Shown: positions 19,319 through 29,309 of the stretch, piece after piece | How the letters are laid out: each line of letters opens with the position of its first letter | How positions within the stretch are numbered: the first letter of the stretch is position 1 | DNA from: an uncultured virus (IMG/VR IMGVR_UViG_3300033141_001794) | Taxonomy: Duplodnaviria; Heunggongvirae; Uroviricota; Caudoviricetes | DNA: 64,000 bases | Virus record (IMG/VR): IMGVR_UViG_3300033141_001794 | Direction: 5' to 3' (one strand) | Notes under the pieces: model-generated | Seen by the model: the letters and a program-made list of their open reading frames with translations, nothing else | The model's database searches: none | Told to the model about the DNA's origin: nothing | Made by a program: the position numbers and the translations under genes

Positions 19319-20288
19319 AAGAATTTATGAGAAGAACAAGAAGCTGATTGACAAGTATACGAGCCATGTAATTCAATCAGGCCGGTACATCAACGGTGAG
19401 TATGTGAAGGAGTTGGAGCTTCAATTAAGCAAAAGAGTAGGTTTTGAATGTGTTACCTGTGCGAGTGGGACTGATGCTCTTAATCTTGCCATTGCAGAAA
19501 CTGGTTTAGCAGGTAAACGGGTTGCTGTTCCTTCGTTTGGATTTCAAGCAGCCGAAGAGATGGTAATGCTTAACGGTGGTACTCCAGTACATGTTGATGT
19601 AAAACATTACAATATGGATCCTGAATTAATTCCAGATGATATTGATGGCGTTATCGCTATGGAGTTATTTGGAACTTCCTGCGAGCATTTTGATATAAGA
19701 AGGAGAATAGGAGACAAGCCTTTCATTATTGACGTTGCCCAGAATTTTGGTGGCAGTATGGAGGAAAGAATGTGTGATGCTGATATCATAACAACCTCTT
19801 TCTTTCCCTCAAAGCTGCTCGGGTGTTTCGGTGATGGTGGCGCGGTGTTTACGAAAAGAAAATCAGATAGAATGAGAGCATATAAAGACCATGGCCGAGC
19901 AAAGGATGATAAAAGCAGGAGATTGATGCTGAGAGGAGTTAATTCCAGGCTGGATGAAATTCAGGCAGCAGTCCTTCTTGCAAGGCTCGAAACATTTGAC
20001 AATGAGAGGGCTATGCGTACTGAGGTTGCGGATGCAACGATTGAGGTTCATGTTGATTCCGCTTCTGGGTATTGTATAAACATGATGTCAGACAACAGGA
20101 AGGTTGATATTAAGTTTTTTAATGATCGCGGCATACCCACAAAGATTTATTATCCCACTCCTCTTTATCCGCACATAAACGCCCTGTACCTTTCCGAACA
20201 CATCTTCCAGCTACCAGTTGACCCTTATTTCACAGTCGGAGAAGTTGAAACCTTAAAGGAGGCCCTTAATGATTTTGCAAATAGGTAA
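19299..20288 (+). CDS. DegT/DnrJ/EryC1/StrS PLP sugar aminotransferase
   Basis: ASGTDAL, IDVAQ, SFFPSKLLGCFGDGG (catalytic Lys), NSRLDEIQAA. Confidence 0.92.
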   Translation: MEFLNLKRIYEKNKKLIDKYTSHVIQSGRYINGEYVKELELQLSKRVGFECVTCASGTDALNLAIAETGLAGKRVAVPSFGFQAAEEMVMLNGGTPVHVDVKHYNMDPELIPDDIDGVIAMELFGTSCEHFDIRRRIGDKPFIIDVAQNFGGSMEERMCDADIITTSFFPSKLLGCFGDGGAVFTKRKSDRMRAYKDHGRAKDDKSRRLMLRGVNSRLDEIQAAVLLARLETFDNERAMRTEVADATIEVHVDSASGYCINMMSDNRKVDIKFFNDRGIPTKIYYPTPLYPHINALYLSEHIFQLPVDPYFTVGEVETLKEALNDFANR

Positions 20289-21048
20289 CGGTAAGTGGGG
20301 GAAGAACCACCAGAGGATGATGCTTGTACATAATATCGAGCATTATGCTATTGATATTGAACAAGACTACATGGCTGCAATTAGTGAATATTCCCCTAAT
20401 GCTGTTATTATCACAACAAATTCAGTTAATCATTTTCCCATAGCAGCCGATTGTATGGCAGCTGGGATACCGGTGTTTTGCGAAAAGCCTGTATGTGTAA
20501 AACCTAATCAGGTTCAGGAGTTGAAATATTACAGAGATCAGAAACCTATCTTCATGTCCGGACACCAGCTATGCTTTGACCCTGATCTTCAAGGGATAAA
20601 AGGCCATGGAGTTAATTATATCAATTCACAGCGTACTGGTGCCATTCCCCGAGATGAAGGCGCAATTCTTTCCCTGGCTGTTCATGATGTTGCTGTGGCT
20701 CAGTATCTTTTTGATGCTTATAGGTTTGAAATAGAACATGTTTCCGGCAACCTTCACAATGCAAAGATTGTACTCAGGTATGGGAAATCAATTGTCGAAA
20801 TCCTGGTTCAATCATTTGCCAATATTAAATTAAGATATATGACATTGGTATATTGTGGAGACTTAAAAAAGGTTGTTTATCCTGATCATTGGTATAGAAC
20901 CGATCTTCTGGAAGCTGAACTATTGTACTTCTTTAAATGTGTTGCTGAAAAGAAGCAACCCGATATCAACAGCCTGGACCGCACAATCATAGTAATGGAA
21001 ACCATATTCAAGATAATGGAGGAGTTAGATGGGTCTAAAACCGTGTAA
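20269..21048 (+). CDS. Gfo/Idh/MocA-family oxidoreductase
   Basis: IGNGKWGKNH, CEKP, LAVHD. Confidence 0.88.
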   Translation: MILQIGNGKWGKNHQRMMLVHNIEHYAIDIEQDYMAAISEYSPNAVIITTNSVNHFPIAADCMAAGIPVFCEKPVCVKPNQVQELKYYRDQKPIFMSGHQLCFDPDLQGIKGHGVNYINSQRTGAIPRDEGAILSLAVHDVAVAQYLFDAYRFEIEHVSGNLHNAKIVLRYGKSIVEILVQSFANIKLRYMTLVYCGDLKKVVYPDHWYRTDLLEAELLYFFKCVAEKKQPDINSLDRTIIVMETIFKIMEELDGSKTV

Positions 21049-21805
21049 GCAGTTAGAAAAAACGCTCCAGAAAATCCACTGGGTATTCGGACAAACCCGC
21101 GTTCATTACTGGGTTCACTTCGGGGCCTTAATAGGAATAGCTAAAAAAGATGGTGTGATACCTGATGGTGACATTGATGTGTGCTGCTATTATGAAAATT
21201 CAGACATGTGGCGACATATAAGACGAAAATTTGAGGGCCAGGAATATGTAATGTCAAAGGCCATGTTGAATGATGTAGACCGGGACAGGGTAATGTACAT
21301 GGGCTTTAATCCTAAAGAGAAGCAGACCAGAGAGCAGTATGCGAGTGAAAAGTTTTTCCCTCATATATGCGTCAGCTTCTGGTATCTCCATAAGGGAATA
21401 CGGTATTATTGCCATGATCAGCACCATGAGGTAAGCGGGGAAGACGTTCCAAAGGGAGGCTATTTCTTCAAAGGATTTGATAATCAATACATTGAAGACA
21501 TTTCCCTGTTTAAAAGGATAGAATGGCCTGGTATACCGGGAAACATTAAGGTAAACGCTCCCATGCTCCCCTGTTTAGAACAGATGTATCCCTGTTATAT
21601 TTACAATCAGCAGCGTTATATGGTACAGAATCATGAGGTACAGGAAGACAAATTAAGAGATACCTGTAGAACCGGTGCAACTTCAAGATATCAGGTCAGA
21701 GTTAAGTCAATGGCTGACTGGAACAATGAAAACCACGTCAGGCAGCAATTAGAGGAAAGCGAGCGTAACTGGAGGGTAAAGCTAAAGTTGATGAAAAAAA
21801 CCTAA
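21029..21805 (+). CDS. LicD-family nucleotidyl/phosphotransferase
   Basis: YW..FGALIG...GVIP-DGDIDV. Confidence 0.75.
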   Translation: MGLKPCKQLEKTLQKIHWVFGQTRVHYWVHFGALIGIAKKDGVIPDGDIDVCCYYENSDMWRHIRRKFEGQEYVMSKAMLNDVDRDRVMYMGFNPKEKQTREQYASEKFFPHICVSFWYLHKGIRYYCHDQHHEVSGEDVPKGGYFFKGFDNQYIEDISLFKRIEWPGIPGNIKVNAPMLPCLEQMYPCYIYNQQRYMVQNHEVQEDKLRDTCRTGATSRYQVRVKSMADWNNENHVRQQLEESERNWRVKLKLMKKT

Positions 21806-21851
21806 AAACCTAACTGGTTAAAGTAATTTGTTAGGTAATTGATATAAAGTG

Positions 21852-21880
21852 TTGACAATCACTATCTTTTGATATATAAT
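21852..21880 (+). promoter_or_regulatory. Consensus sigma70 promoter upstream of the head operon
   Basis: TTGACA-17 nt-TATAAT (21852-57 / 21875-80). Confidence 0.88.
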
Positions 21881-21962
21881 ACTAATAGGCATTGGGACTT
21901 CTTCTGTAAAAGGAAAGAGTGTTTCAATGCCTATATTCTTTTTTGCGAAAAATCCTAATGCC

Positions 21963-21995
21963 AAGGTCTTAATCCGAAAGGGTTAGGGCCTTTTA
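21963..21995 (+). terminator. GAAA-tetraloop hairpin with short U-tract in the head-operon leader
   Basis: AAGGTCTTAATCC-GAAA-GGGTTAGGGCCTT (13 bp including G-U pairs) then TT. Confidence 0.55.
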
Positions 21996-22001
21996 TGCTT
22001 T

Positions 22002-22277
22002 ATGCCAACAATCAAATGTCTTAATGAGCGAATAGAACGGGGTGAAAAGGTAACATGTGATTCATGGCTTGGCGAACTAACACCTGGCGTTCTGGAGTTT
22101 TTAAAGAACAATCCAAATGAAAAGGCTATATACAGATGCCGTTATTGTCCTCCGAATCAGCGTTGGATCGTAATATACTATTTAAACGGGCTTGTATGGA
22201 GAGCCTTATCAAGCATAGAGAATGAACAAGAAGATGTTAAATTTAATCGAATTTATAATATAGAACAAATAGGATAG
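22002..22277 (+). CDS. Hypothetical Cys-containing protein
   Basis: 91-aa ORF first after the promoter; C...C...CRYC. Confidence 0.55.
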   Translation: MPTIKCLNERIERGEKVTCDSWLGELTPGVLEFLKNNPNEKAIYRCRYCPPNQRWIVIYYLNGLVWRALSSIENEQEDVKFNRIYNIEQIG

Positions 22278-22286
22278 GAGCATGCT

Positions 22287-22574
22287 ATGACCACCACATA
22301 TATACCAAAAGACATTACAGCAACCATGTCACCGAACAAACAGAAGGTAGCTTCGGCAATGTCGCTATCTCCTCATGAGAAAAAGGAGGGGCGTGTTGAT
22401 TTTTCTATCGTTGTCGAGGAGAGGGTGATAGATAATATCAAAAAGCTGTGTTTCAAATGCGCCCATTACAGTTCCAGTCTTGGGGGCGATAGCAAAGAAG
22501 AGCTTACCAGTGTGAGTGCTTTTAAGAAAATAGTCAATGATAAAATTGATTATATTGCGAAGGAACTGGGTTAA
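22287..22574 (+). CDS. Hypothetical protein
   Basis: AGGAG SD; TAATG coupling to portal. Confidence 0.6.
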   Translation: MTTTYIPKDITATMSPNKQKVASAMSLSPHEKKEGRVDFSIVVEERVIDNIKKLCFKCAHYSSSLGGDSKEELTSVSAFKKIVNDKIDYIAKELG

Positions 22575-24646
22575 TGCAGCAGATAGGAAAGCTATACACC
22601 AAGGTTGCCGGTGAAAGAAATCCGACACTGGCAGCTCGCAGTAACTTTATTACTCGCCAATTTGATCGGTATGAGGAGTATTGGCAGTCTGATATAGAGC
22701 GGGTTATCAGGAATGCCCGTATGTACTGGCATGTAAACTTTGGTCAATGGCCTCAATTTGTAGTTGATAAACTCCGCGATGAAGGGCGCAGGCCACCTAC
22801 CTTTCCTATAATTCCCGATAAAATCGAAACCTTGATAGGATCCTTTCTTGCAAATGGGTTTGATATGAAATATGAGCCGATGGACGGTAAAATCGACTCT
22901 CTCACCCTGAAGCTCCAGGACATGTATTTCAGTGATAAGTACAACATGGACTGGGATTCCTCAGACATTGAATCTCTTTTGGATGGGTTTATCTGCGTAG
23001 GTTACGAGCGCATGACCGTTAATAACAAGGTGGACGATTTCGGGAACCTGGCCTTTGAGGTCCCTAACCCGCGCCATTTATATCTTGATCCTGGTTGGAA
23101 AACGATGTATACCAGGGACCTGCTTAATTATATGGTATACGACATTAAAACCGCTACTCAGATAATAGACACCTATCCTAATTCAAGTCAGAAGCTGAAG
23201 GACCTGGCAGAACGGGAAAAGCTCGAAGGTATTGATTACGGTTACAATTATGGTGGAGCCCCCAGATACCGGACTGTTGATGAGAAGTGGAGTTCAGGTC
23301 ATAAGGTAATAGAGATTCACTGGGTAGAGAAAACAGATAGATGGTGGGAATATGACAAGAAAAATCGCTGTTTCTTCCCCGATACTGGTTTTGCTCCGCA
23401 TAGCAAAGAGGACCGGCAGGCAAAGATTCAATATATTCAAATGATGAAGATAGGCCCTGATGATATCACAAAAATGAAGCAGGAAAAGCGCACCAAATAC
23501 ATTGAGGCTATTTGTCCCACTATTGATAATGAACTGTTCCTCACCTCCGGAAAAGACATTATCCAGACCGAAAACTGCAATCTCTATTGTAAGGGCATAC
23601 GATTTAAAGGTCAGTGGCAGGGAATTGTAGACAGGCTCTACGATCTTCAGATAGGTGTTAATAAGGGTGAAATGAACATCCAGGACATCCAGCAAAGGAC
23701 AGCAAAGGGCGCGTTTCTTCTGGACAGAGCTCTTGCAGGGGGGGATCCAGAACTTGAACAGCAAATTGAAGAGGCATGGAACGATCCGGCTGCGAGGATA
23801 TGGGTAGACGAAGGATCTACAGAGCAGCTGGCCAAGGGTGGCATAATTCCACTTCCAACAGCAACCGCAGACGCTTCGCACTTTAGACAGACCGAGCGCT
23901 ATTATGACCTGGCAGACAGGTTCTCCAAGGTGCCTGCAGCACAGGACGCACGAACCGAGGGAAGCAAGGAAAGCGGCAAGCTCTATGGAATGAAGTATGA
24001 GGCTGGCCTTGTCGGTATGAAGTACCTGTCCAAGGGTTATGAAACCAATAAGCGTGATAAAGCCGAGGCTTATTTGCTTCAGGCTAAAATTACTTATGCG
24101 GGAGTACCGCGAACCTTTGGAAAAGCGGATACTAAAGATGTTTTTTCCATTAATCAGCCTGCTACCAATACTCTAAATGGAAAAAAGGTTACGCTGGATG
24201 ATATTTCCAAGATGCCGAGAATGAAAGTGGTTATAACTCCTTCCCGGGCGGGCGTGAATGTTCGCACAGAAAATCGCAGACAGTATATGGAATATGCTGA
24301 AACGCTTGTGGATCCTGCAGACAGACTGTTGAGAATCATATTTACCGTTTCGGCTGCAGAGACTGGTGAGTTCAGCGATGAAACCAAGGAAGAGATTCGT
24401 CATGCTGGAGAATTGCTAAAAAAGGAAGCGAGTCTGGTAACTGCCGGTAATATTGTAGAAGCACAAAATAGATTGACCGGAGCCGAAATGATGGCTAAGG
24501 AAGCACAGGCCCAGAGTGGTGGTGCTGCTCCTGGTCCTCAGCAAGAAGCTCCTCCCCCTCAGCAAATGACTGAAGCAGAACCTACTGAGGAAGTTATGGC
24601 CGAGGGAACTGATATGGAAACTCAAAACCTTTCACAAATGCAATAG
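22574..24646 (+). CDS. Portal protein (P22-like podoviral)
   Basis: 690 aa; GQW...L..EGRRPPT.P.I..KI..LIG, G.V..L.D.Q...NK, ESG motif, Q/P-rich tail; upstream of scaffold and capsid. Confidence 0.85.
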   Translation: MQQIGKLYTKVAGERNPTLAARSNFITRQFDRYEEYWQSDIERVIRNARMYWHVNFGQWPQFVVDKLRDEGRRPPTFPIIPDKIETLIGSFLANGFDMKYEPMDGKIDSLTLKLQDMYFSDKYNMDWDSSDIESLLDGFICVGYERMTVNNKVDDFGNLAFEVPNPRHLYLDPGWKTMYTRDLLNYMVYDIKTATQIIDTYPNSSQKLKDLAEREKLEGIDYGYNYGGAPRYRTVDEKWSSGHKVIEIHWVEKTDRWWEYDKKNRCFFPDTGFAPHSKEDRQAKIQYIQMMKIGPDDITKMKQEKRTKYIEAICPTIDNELFLTSGKDIIQTENCNLYCKGIRFKGQWQGIVDRLYDLQIGVNKGEMNIQDIQQRTAKGAFLLDRALAGGDPELEQQIEEAWNDPAARIWVDEGSTEQLAKGGIIPLPTATADASHFRQTERYYDLADRFSKVPAAQDARTEGSKESGKLYGMKYEAGLVGMKYLSKGYETNKRDKAEAYLLQAKITYAGVPRTFGKADTKDVFSINQPATNTLNGKKVTLDDISKMPRMKVVITPSRAGVNVRTENRRQYMEYAETLVDPADRLLRIIFTVSAAETGEFSDETKEEIRHAGELLKKEASLVTAGNIVEAQNRLTGAEMMAKEAQAQSGGAAPGPQQEAPPPQQMTEAEPTEEVMAEGTDMETQNLSQMQ

Positions 24647-24654
24647 GAGGTATT

Positions 24655-24924
24655 ATGAACGATGGTTTAGCCGGAGGAAATCCGAAATCAAGCGGCAATA
24701 AGGTGAATGCCGGCGCAAAGCACAAGTGTATGGAGAACGCAAAGATACCTGCGACCATACCGAGCGACTCTCCCCCCAGCACAATGCAGGGGCAATCTTC
24801 TGGTAAAGTACAGCATGGCAGAAGTGGAGCGAAGAACAAAACTGAGAATATGAGTTCGATGCCCACCAACAGCGGCGCGAGTGGTTTTCGCGGCGAAGGT
24901 GGATCGAAAGTCAAATATTCGTAA
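24655..24924 (+). CDS. Small G/S/K-rich disordered protein
   Basis: AGGAGG SD; between portal and scaffold. Confidence 0.6.
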   Translation: MNDGLAGGNPKSSGNKVNAGAKHKCMENAKIPATIPSDSPPSTMQGQSSGKVQHGRSGAKNKTENMSSMPTNSGASGFRGEGGSKVKYS

Positions 24925-24953
24925 ACAATTTTTTTTTATAACGGAGTAACCTT

Positions 24954-26351
24954 ATGACAATCAAAGTCAATTACGAAGAGATGAAAGGGCTCAACGGCGG
25001 GGAAATCGCTGCGAAGCTCAAAGAAAGCGGTATAGGCGCAGAGCTTACTACCGAGGAAAAGCAAGAACTAATAGATTTTTCCCAAATGGACGATACCAGG
25101 CAGGATGAATTTATAGCAAGCAGGAATGAAGATGGAGATCCTTCTCCAGGTCCAGATGATGGTACTCCTCCGGCAGAACCAGCGCCCTTGGAAGAACCAC
25201 CATCCCCGCCAATAGAAGGCGAACCGGAACCAGAGCCAGTGCCTGCTGAACCTTCGGCCCCAGCTGAACCAGCTCCAGTCGAGGAACCACCTAAAGACGG
25301 CAACACGGAATTGTTACAGACGCTCGCTGCTAAAGATGAAGAACTCTCTAAACACAGAAGGAGCGCCCGGGAAGCTGGCAGCAAGAACAAGGAATATGAA
25401 AAACAACTTGCTGAAGCTCAGGCCAAAATAAAGGAATTTGAGGAGTCGAAGGTTGTACCTCCTACTCCACCACCGGAAAGACCAAAAAGGCCAAAGGCAG
25501 ATGATTATGACGAAGGTGTTTATGATCCCGGTTATACGAAAGCTACGGCCCAGTATGATACGAATTTTGATAAATACCAGGATGATCTGACCGAATATCA
25601 CAAGTCGAATGAACCGGAACATGTTAGGAGTTTGCGGAAGGAAATCGAAGACCTTAAAGCGCAAACTGAAACCGTATTCACCCAGGTTCAGGAAGATCAG
25701 CAAAAAACAATTAAACAAAGGGTAACTCAGGAATGGGATGCTATGTGGGATAAGGCTGGAGAGATTCAAGATACTCTGGACCTTAAAACCTCAATAGATT
25801 ACAGAACTATAAACAAATACGCTCACATGACTAAAAACCCTGTGGACGCTAATGGAAACCCTGTTTACAGTGAAGCTGAGGTTGTAGAGGCTGGTAAGTT
25901 TATAACAGCCCTCCCCCCTGCAGACATTGAGAGTTATAAGAAAGTTACTCCTATTCTTGTTGAGCTTTATAATTGTGATAGTGGAATACCTAAAAAGCGG
26001 CATGGCAATATGGCAGACAATTTTGTAATACAGTCAGCTATAGAAACCAATAAGCTGGGTATTGATCCGGTAAAGGTGGATAAGTTTACGGAGGAGCAAC
26101 GAGTAGACGCACTCGCAAAAAAACAACATGAAGACGAAAAATCAGTAAGAGCTACGCCTGTTAGTAAAATAGGTGGGAACGATAAGCCTTTGGGCCATGA
26201 GAATCTTGTTGATGAGAAGGCTCAGAAACTCTCAGAAATGAGTAAAACGGCCAGGAGAAACATTGGTATACTCAAAAAAGGCAATCCTGCTTATGATCCG
26301 AAGTTCGAGGAAGAGTATTTAAAGCTCAAAGCCGAACTGACAATACAATAG
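24954..26351 (+). CDS. Capsid scaffolding protein
   Basis: Acidic P/E-rich region plus coiled coil, directly upstream of the capsid gene. Confidence 0.7.
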   Translation: MTIKVNYEEMKGLNGGEIAAKLKESGIGAELTTEEKQELIDFSQMDDTRQDEFIASRNEDGDPSPGPDDGTPPAEPAPLEEPPSPPIEGEPEPEPVPAEPSAPAEPAPVEEPPKDGNTELLQTLAAKDEELSKHRRSAREAGSKNKEYEKQLAEAQAKIKEFEESKVVPPTPPPERPKRPKADDYDEGVYDPGYTKATAQYDTNFDKYQDDLTEYHKSNEPEHVRSLRKEIEDLKAQTETVFTQVQEDQQKTIKQRVTQEWDAMWDKAGEIQDTLDLKTSIDYRTINKYAHMTKNPVDANGNPVYSEAEVVEAGKFITALPPADIESYKKVTPILVELYNCDSGIPKKRHGNMADNFVIQSAIETNKLGIDPVKVDKFTEEQRVDALAKKQHEDEKSVRATPVSKIGGNDKPLGHENLVDEKAQKLSEMSKTARRNIGILKKGNPAYDPKFEEEYLKLKAELTIQ

Positions 26352-26379
26352 GCTACCTCTTAAGAGAGGAAACTTAACC

Positions 26380-27648
26380 ATGATTAATCAACCCGCAGTC
26401 CTTGATCCGGCACTGCAGATCGAACTCTTTTTAACGGATGTGCAGAAGGAAGCACTTCCAGAGGAAATATTCGATCATCTTGGAGCCGATTATATTTATG
26501 CAGTTGGTGAAGATGCACCGGAATTGCCAAATGCTATTTATCTTAGGCTGGATGCTAAAGTCAATGATGGGCGCTTTGTAAAAGTGCCTTTAATCAAAGA
26601 GCTTAGCGAGGAACCTACGGAGGGCTCACTGGGCGACCAGAGGCTCAACGAGGAAGACAGAATTATGAAGCATTTCCGTATGGAATATACGGATGTGTCT
26701 CATGCGACCACCAATCAGAAGTATGGTATTGAAGCTATCACAAAGCAGCCTTACCGCATGTTTGAGGACAGGGCGAGAGCCTTGGGTCGTTATTTTAAGC
26801 AGTTGATTGGAAGATACCGCAGACAGGCGTTGCTTGAACAGCATAGCAACAACCTGGGCGAAGCTCCTCATTTCTTAGCAGATGCGTGGAGCCCGAACTG
26901 GTATATTCCAGCCATAACCAATGCCAACCAACCAGGCTATGACACCAGCTATGCCAACTTTACCAACAATATCGTAACTGCGCTTTTACTGGCAGGGACC
27001 GGTACTAATGCAGCTGGTACTGTTGTTTTCTTTGAACGGTTGGAAGAGTGGGCAAGAACTGAAGCATTCATTAATCCGATTGATTTCGGCGATGGCAGCG
27101 ATGGATTTGTATTTCTTATTCCTACGCCGACAGCCAGATGGATGAAAAACCCGACTGCAGGTTTTCCAGTGTTAGGTCCTATCTGGAGAGATGCACAGGC
27201 TTTCAGTAAAGAAATTCGTTTCATGTATCCAGGGTTGTTAGGACAGCTGGGTGGAATCCGTTTTGTTGAGGATCCCCGGTATCCGACTCTTACTCTTGGT
27301 GGATCTGCTTCCGGCTCAGTGGCTGGACAGGCAGCTTATACTCTGACAGCACAGTACAGAGGAATGGGCCGCGCCGATGATGGCTCCAGCGATCCGAGAG
27401 ACAAGAGTGCCAATGCTCGCCTTGTAGGTTTCCTTCTGGGAAAAGCTGCACTGGTAGAGTGGATGGCAGAACCCTATCACTGGGAATGGGAATATGAACA
27501 ATATGACAAGTTTTTCGGGTCTGGGATATTCTGCAGTAACGGAATCAAACAGCCTATATATGATCTCTCAACAGAGACAAATATAAGCTGGCAGCAGGAC
27601 AGTTCGATTGTTGTGCCTTTTGCACAGCCGCCCGATCTTGCAAGTTAA
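26380..27648 (+). CDS. Major capsid protein
   Basis: 422 aa after scaffold; G.LGGIRFVE and ..FLLGKAAL..E..Y....G patterns of N4-gp56/DUF4043-like MCPs; followed by a strong terminator. Confidence 0.82.
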   Translation: MINQPAVLDPALQIELFLTDVQKEALPEEIFDHLGADYIYAVGEDAPELPNAIYLRLDAKVNDGRFVKVPLIKELSEEPTEGSLGDQRLNEEDRIMKHFRMEYTDVSHATTNQKYGIEAITKQPYRMFEDRARALGRYFKQLIGRYRRQALLEQHSNNLGEAPHFLADAWSPNWYIPAITNANQPGYDTSYANFTNNIVTALLLAGTGTNAAGTVVFFERLEEWARTEAFINPIDFGDGSDGFVFLIPTPTARWMKNPTAGFPVLGPIWRDAQAFSKEIRFMYPGLLGQLGGIRFVEDPRYPTLTLGGSASGSVAGQAAYTLTAQYRGMGRADDGSSDPRDKSANARLVGFLLGKAALVEWMAEPYHWEWEYEQYDKFFGSGIFCSNGIKQPIYDLSTETNISWQQDSSIVVPFAQPPDLAS

Positions 27649-27661
27649 ACAATAAACGTAA

Positions 27662-27685
27662 AGGAGGCCTTCGGGCCTCCTCTTA
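27662..27685 (+). terminator. Intrinsic terminator-like hairpin after MCP
   Basis: AGGAGGCC-TTCG-GGCCTCCT, then CTT (short U-tract). Confidence 0.75.
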
Positions 27686-27711
27686 ATGTCAAAAAAGACA
27701 GGAGTAATAAG

Positions 27712-28629
27712 ATGGCTATCAGAGTCAAGGGTGCAAATCGTAAATTTACTTCCGAGGAAATCCTGAAAAGGTGTATCGGAATGAAAGATAAGTACGGGAA
27801 TCCTTTTGAAATCATAAATCTGGACTGGAATCCTGCTAAGTTTTGTGGGCATGCTACTAAAACCAAAGGAGATTTTGATGATGTAATGCTTATCCGGACC
27901 AAAAGAGGAACGGCTATTACATATCGAACTCCAGGAAGTCTTGAATTTCTGAAAGATGGTTTTACCGGTTTCTATAGTGCCATGGTCGCAAGGACTGACA
28001 AAAACTTGTATATACTGGGTTCAATGTATTATGACAAATTATGGACCATACGGGAGCCCCATATAGACAAAATTGTGAAGGTAATAGCGGACAAAATTGA
28101 CGAGGGAAACAAGCTTGTTGAGCAGACTCATACTGTTGTTGTGTATGAAGAGCAGCCCAATGGTACGCAAAAGCGTGTTGAAAAAAGAGTAAAAGAAACT
28201 CTTTATGAAGTTCACAAGCGCAGGCGCGAAGGCCATTTCAAAGGACCGCGCGGAGCAGGAGATATTAGCAGGCCTCTTGAAATGAATCTTCACCAGGAAC
28301 AAATGACAGATAAAAAGGAAGCTGAACTCAATGTAAAGATTATGGATATTGAAAAGAGGGAAGCACTTTTAAAGGACAGAGAAGCAGCGTTAAGCATCCC
28401 TGCTCCTATTGAGGATAATATCAATGAACCTGTCAACGATTTGTACACCCGAGAGGACCTTCTTTCAAAGAAGTTTATACCTGTGTCTAAGCTGAAGAAG
28501 TTGGCAAAAGACGAATTTGGTATTGATAACGCTCATTCCTTACACAGGGATGTTGTTGTGGATAAAATTCTTGAAACACAGGCAAAACGCGAGGCAGAAC
28601 TCGAACCAGAAGAATCGGTGGTAGGCTAA
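27712..28629 (+). CDS. Hypothetical head-region protein with C-terminal Rho_N/HeH-like motif
   Basis: C-terminal ..LKKLAKDEFGI..AHSL.RD.VVDKILE. Confidence 0.6.
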   Translation: MAIRVKGANRKFTSEEILKRCIGMKDKYGNPFEIINLDWNPAKFCGHATKTKGDFDDVMLIRTKRGTAITYRTPGSLEFLKDGFTGFYSAMVARTDKNLYILGSMYYDKLWTIREPHIDKIVKVIADKIDEGNKLVEQTHTVVVYEEQPNGTQKRVEKRVKETLYEVHKRRREGHFKGPRGAGDISRPLEMNLHQEQMTDKKEAELNVKIMDIEKREALLKDREAALSIPAPIEDNINEPVNDLYTREDLLSKKFIPVSKLKKLAKDEFGIDNAHSLHRDVVVDKILETQAKREAELEPEESVVG

Positions 28630-29303
28630 TGCCAAGTACGAGCTATAATGTTACAATGATAGAATCTGCGGTCAAGAATTATTCTCGGCCGCAGATTCTT
28701 GATGTATTGGATGAAGTGCAGAAAATTGTACTCGGAACTAATCTGATGCAGTTTGCTGCACTAAATCCAGCAACCGGAATGCCTCCTTACCTGGCAACTA
28801 TAGCAGGCCAGAGGCAGTATAATTGTCCTGATAATTGCAGGGAGACAGCGGCAATATTCGTTGAGACTCCACAAAACGAGTATTCTCCATCTCCGAACAG
28901 GGCTCTTTATACCCAGTATACTTTTGATACTCCCGGGTATTGGAAGGCACCAGTGAGATCAACTAACAGATTGCTCGATACGCTGGCGACAGTAACATTT
29001 ATAGACGATCCTGGAACCACTACTGACCAGTTTTTCCACTATTATTTTATAACAACAGTGAGTTTAACCAGTGAAGACATACAGTTGGTAGTGCCGGAAG
29101 AAGTGCATTATTTACTCAGAAAAGGCGTGATAGCCCTGTTAAGCAGTGAGAATTACGGTGAGACTGGTTTTGATGATAGTGTTATAGAAAGAATCGGTCG
29201 GAAAATCAGAAGTAAGATGAACAAGGGGACACAAGCCAGGTCTGAGCGCACTCCAATACAACAGTCGCAAAGAGATGGTGGATTTCCTTATGACTATTAT
29301 TGA
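28629..29303 (+). CDS. Head-tail adaptor (tail tubular A / P22 gp4-like)
   Basis: 224 aa; position; G...Y..P.N and VPEE.HYLL..G motifs. Confidence 0.6.
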   Translation: MPSTSYNVTMIESAVKNYSRPQILDVLDEVQKIVLGTNLMQFAALNPATGMPPYLATIAGQRQYNCPDNCRETAAIFVETPQNEYSPSPNRALYTQYTFDTPGYWKAPVRSTNRLLDTLATVTFIDDPGTTTDQFFHYYFITTVSLTSEDIQLVVPEEVHYLLRKGVIALLSSENYGETGFDDSVIERIGRKIRSKMNKGTQARSERTPIQQSQRDGGFPYDYY

Positions 29304-29309
29304 TAACTT

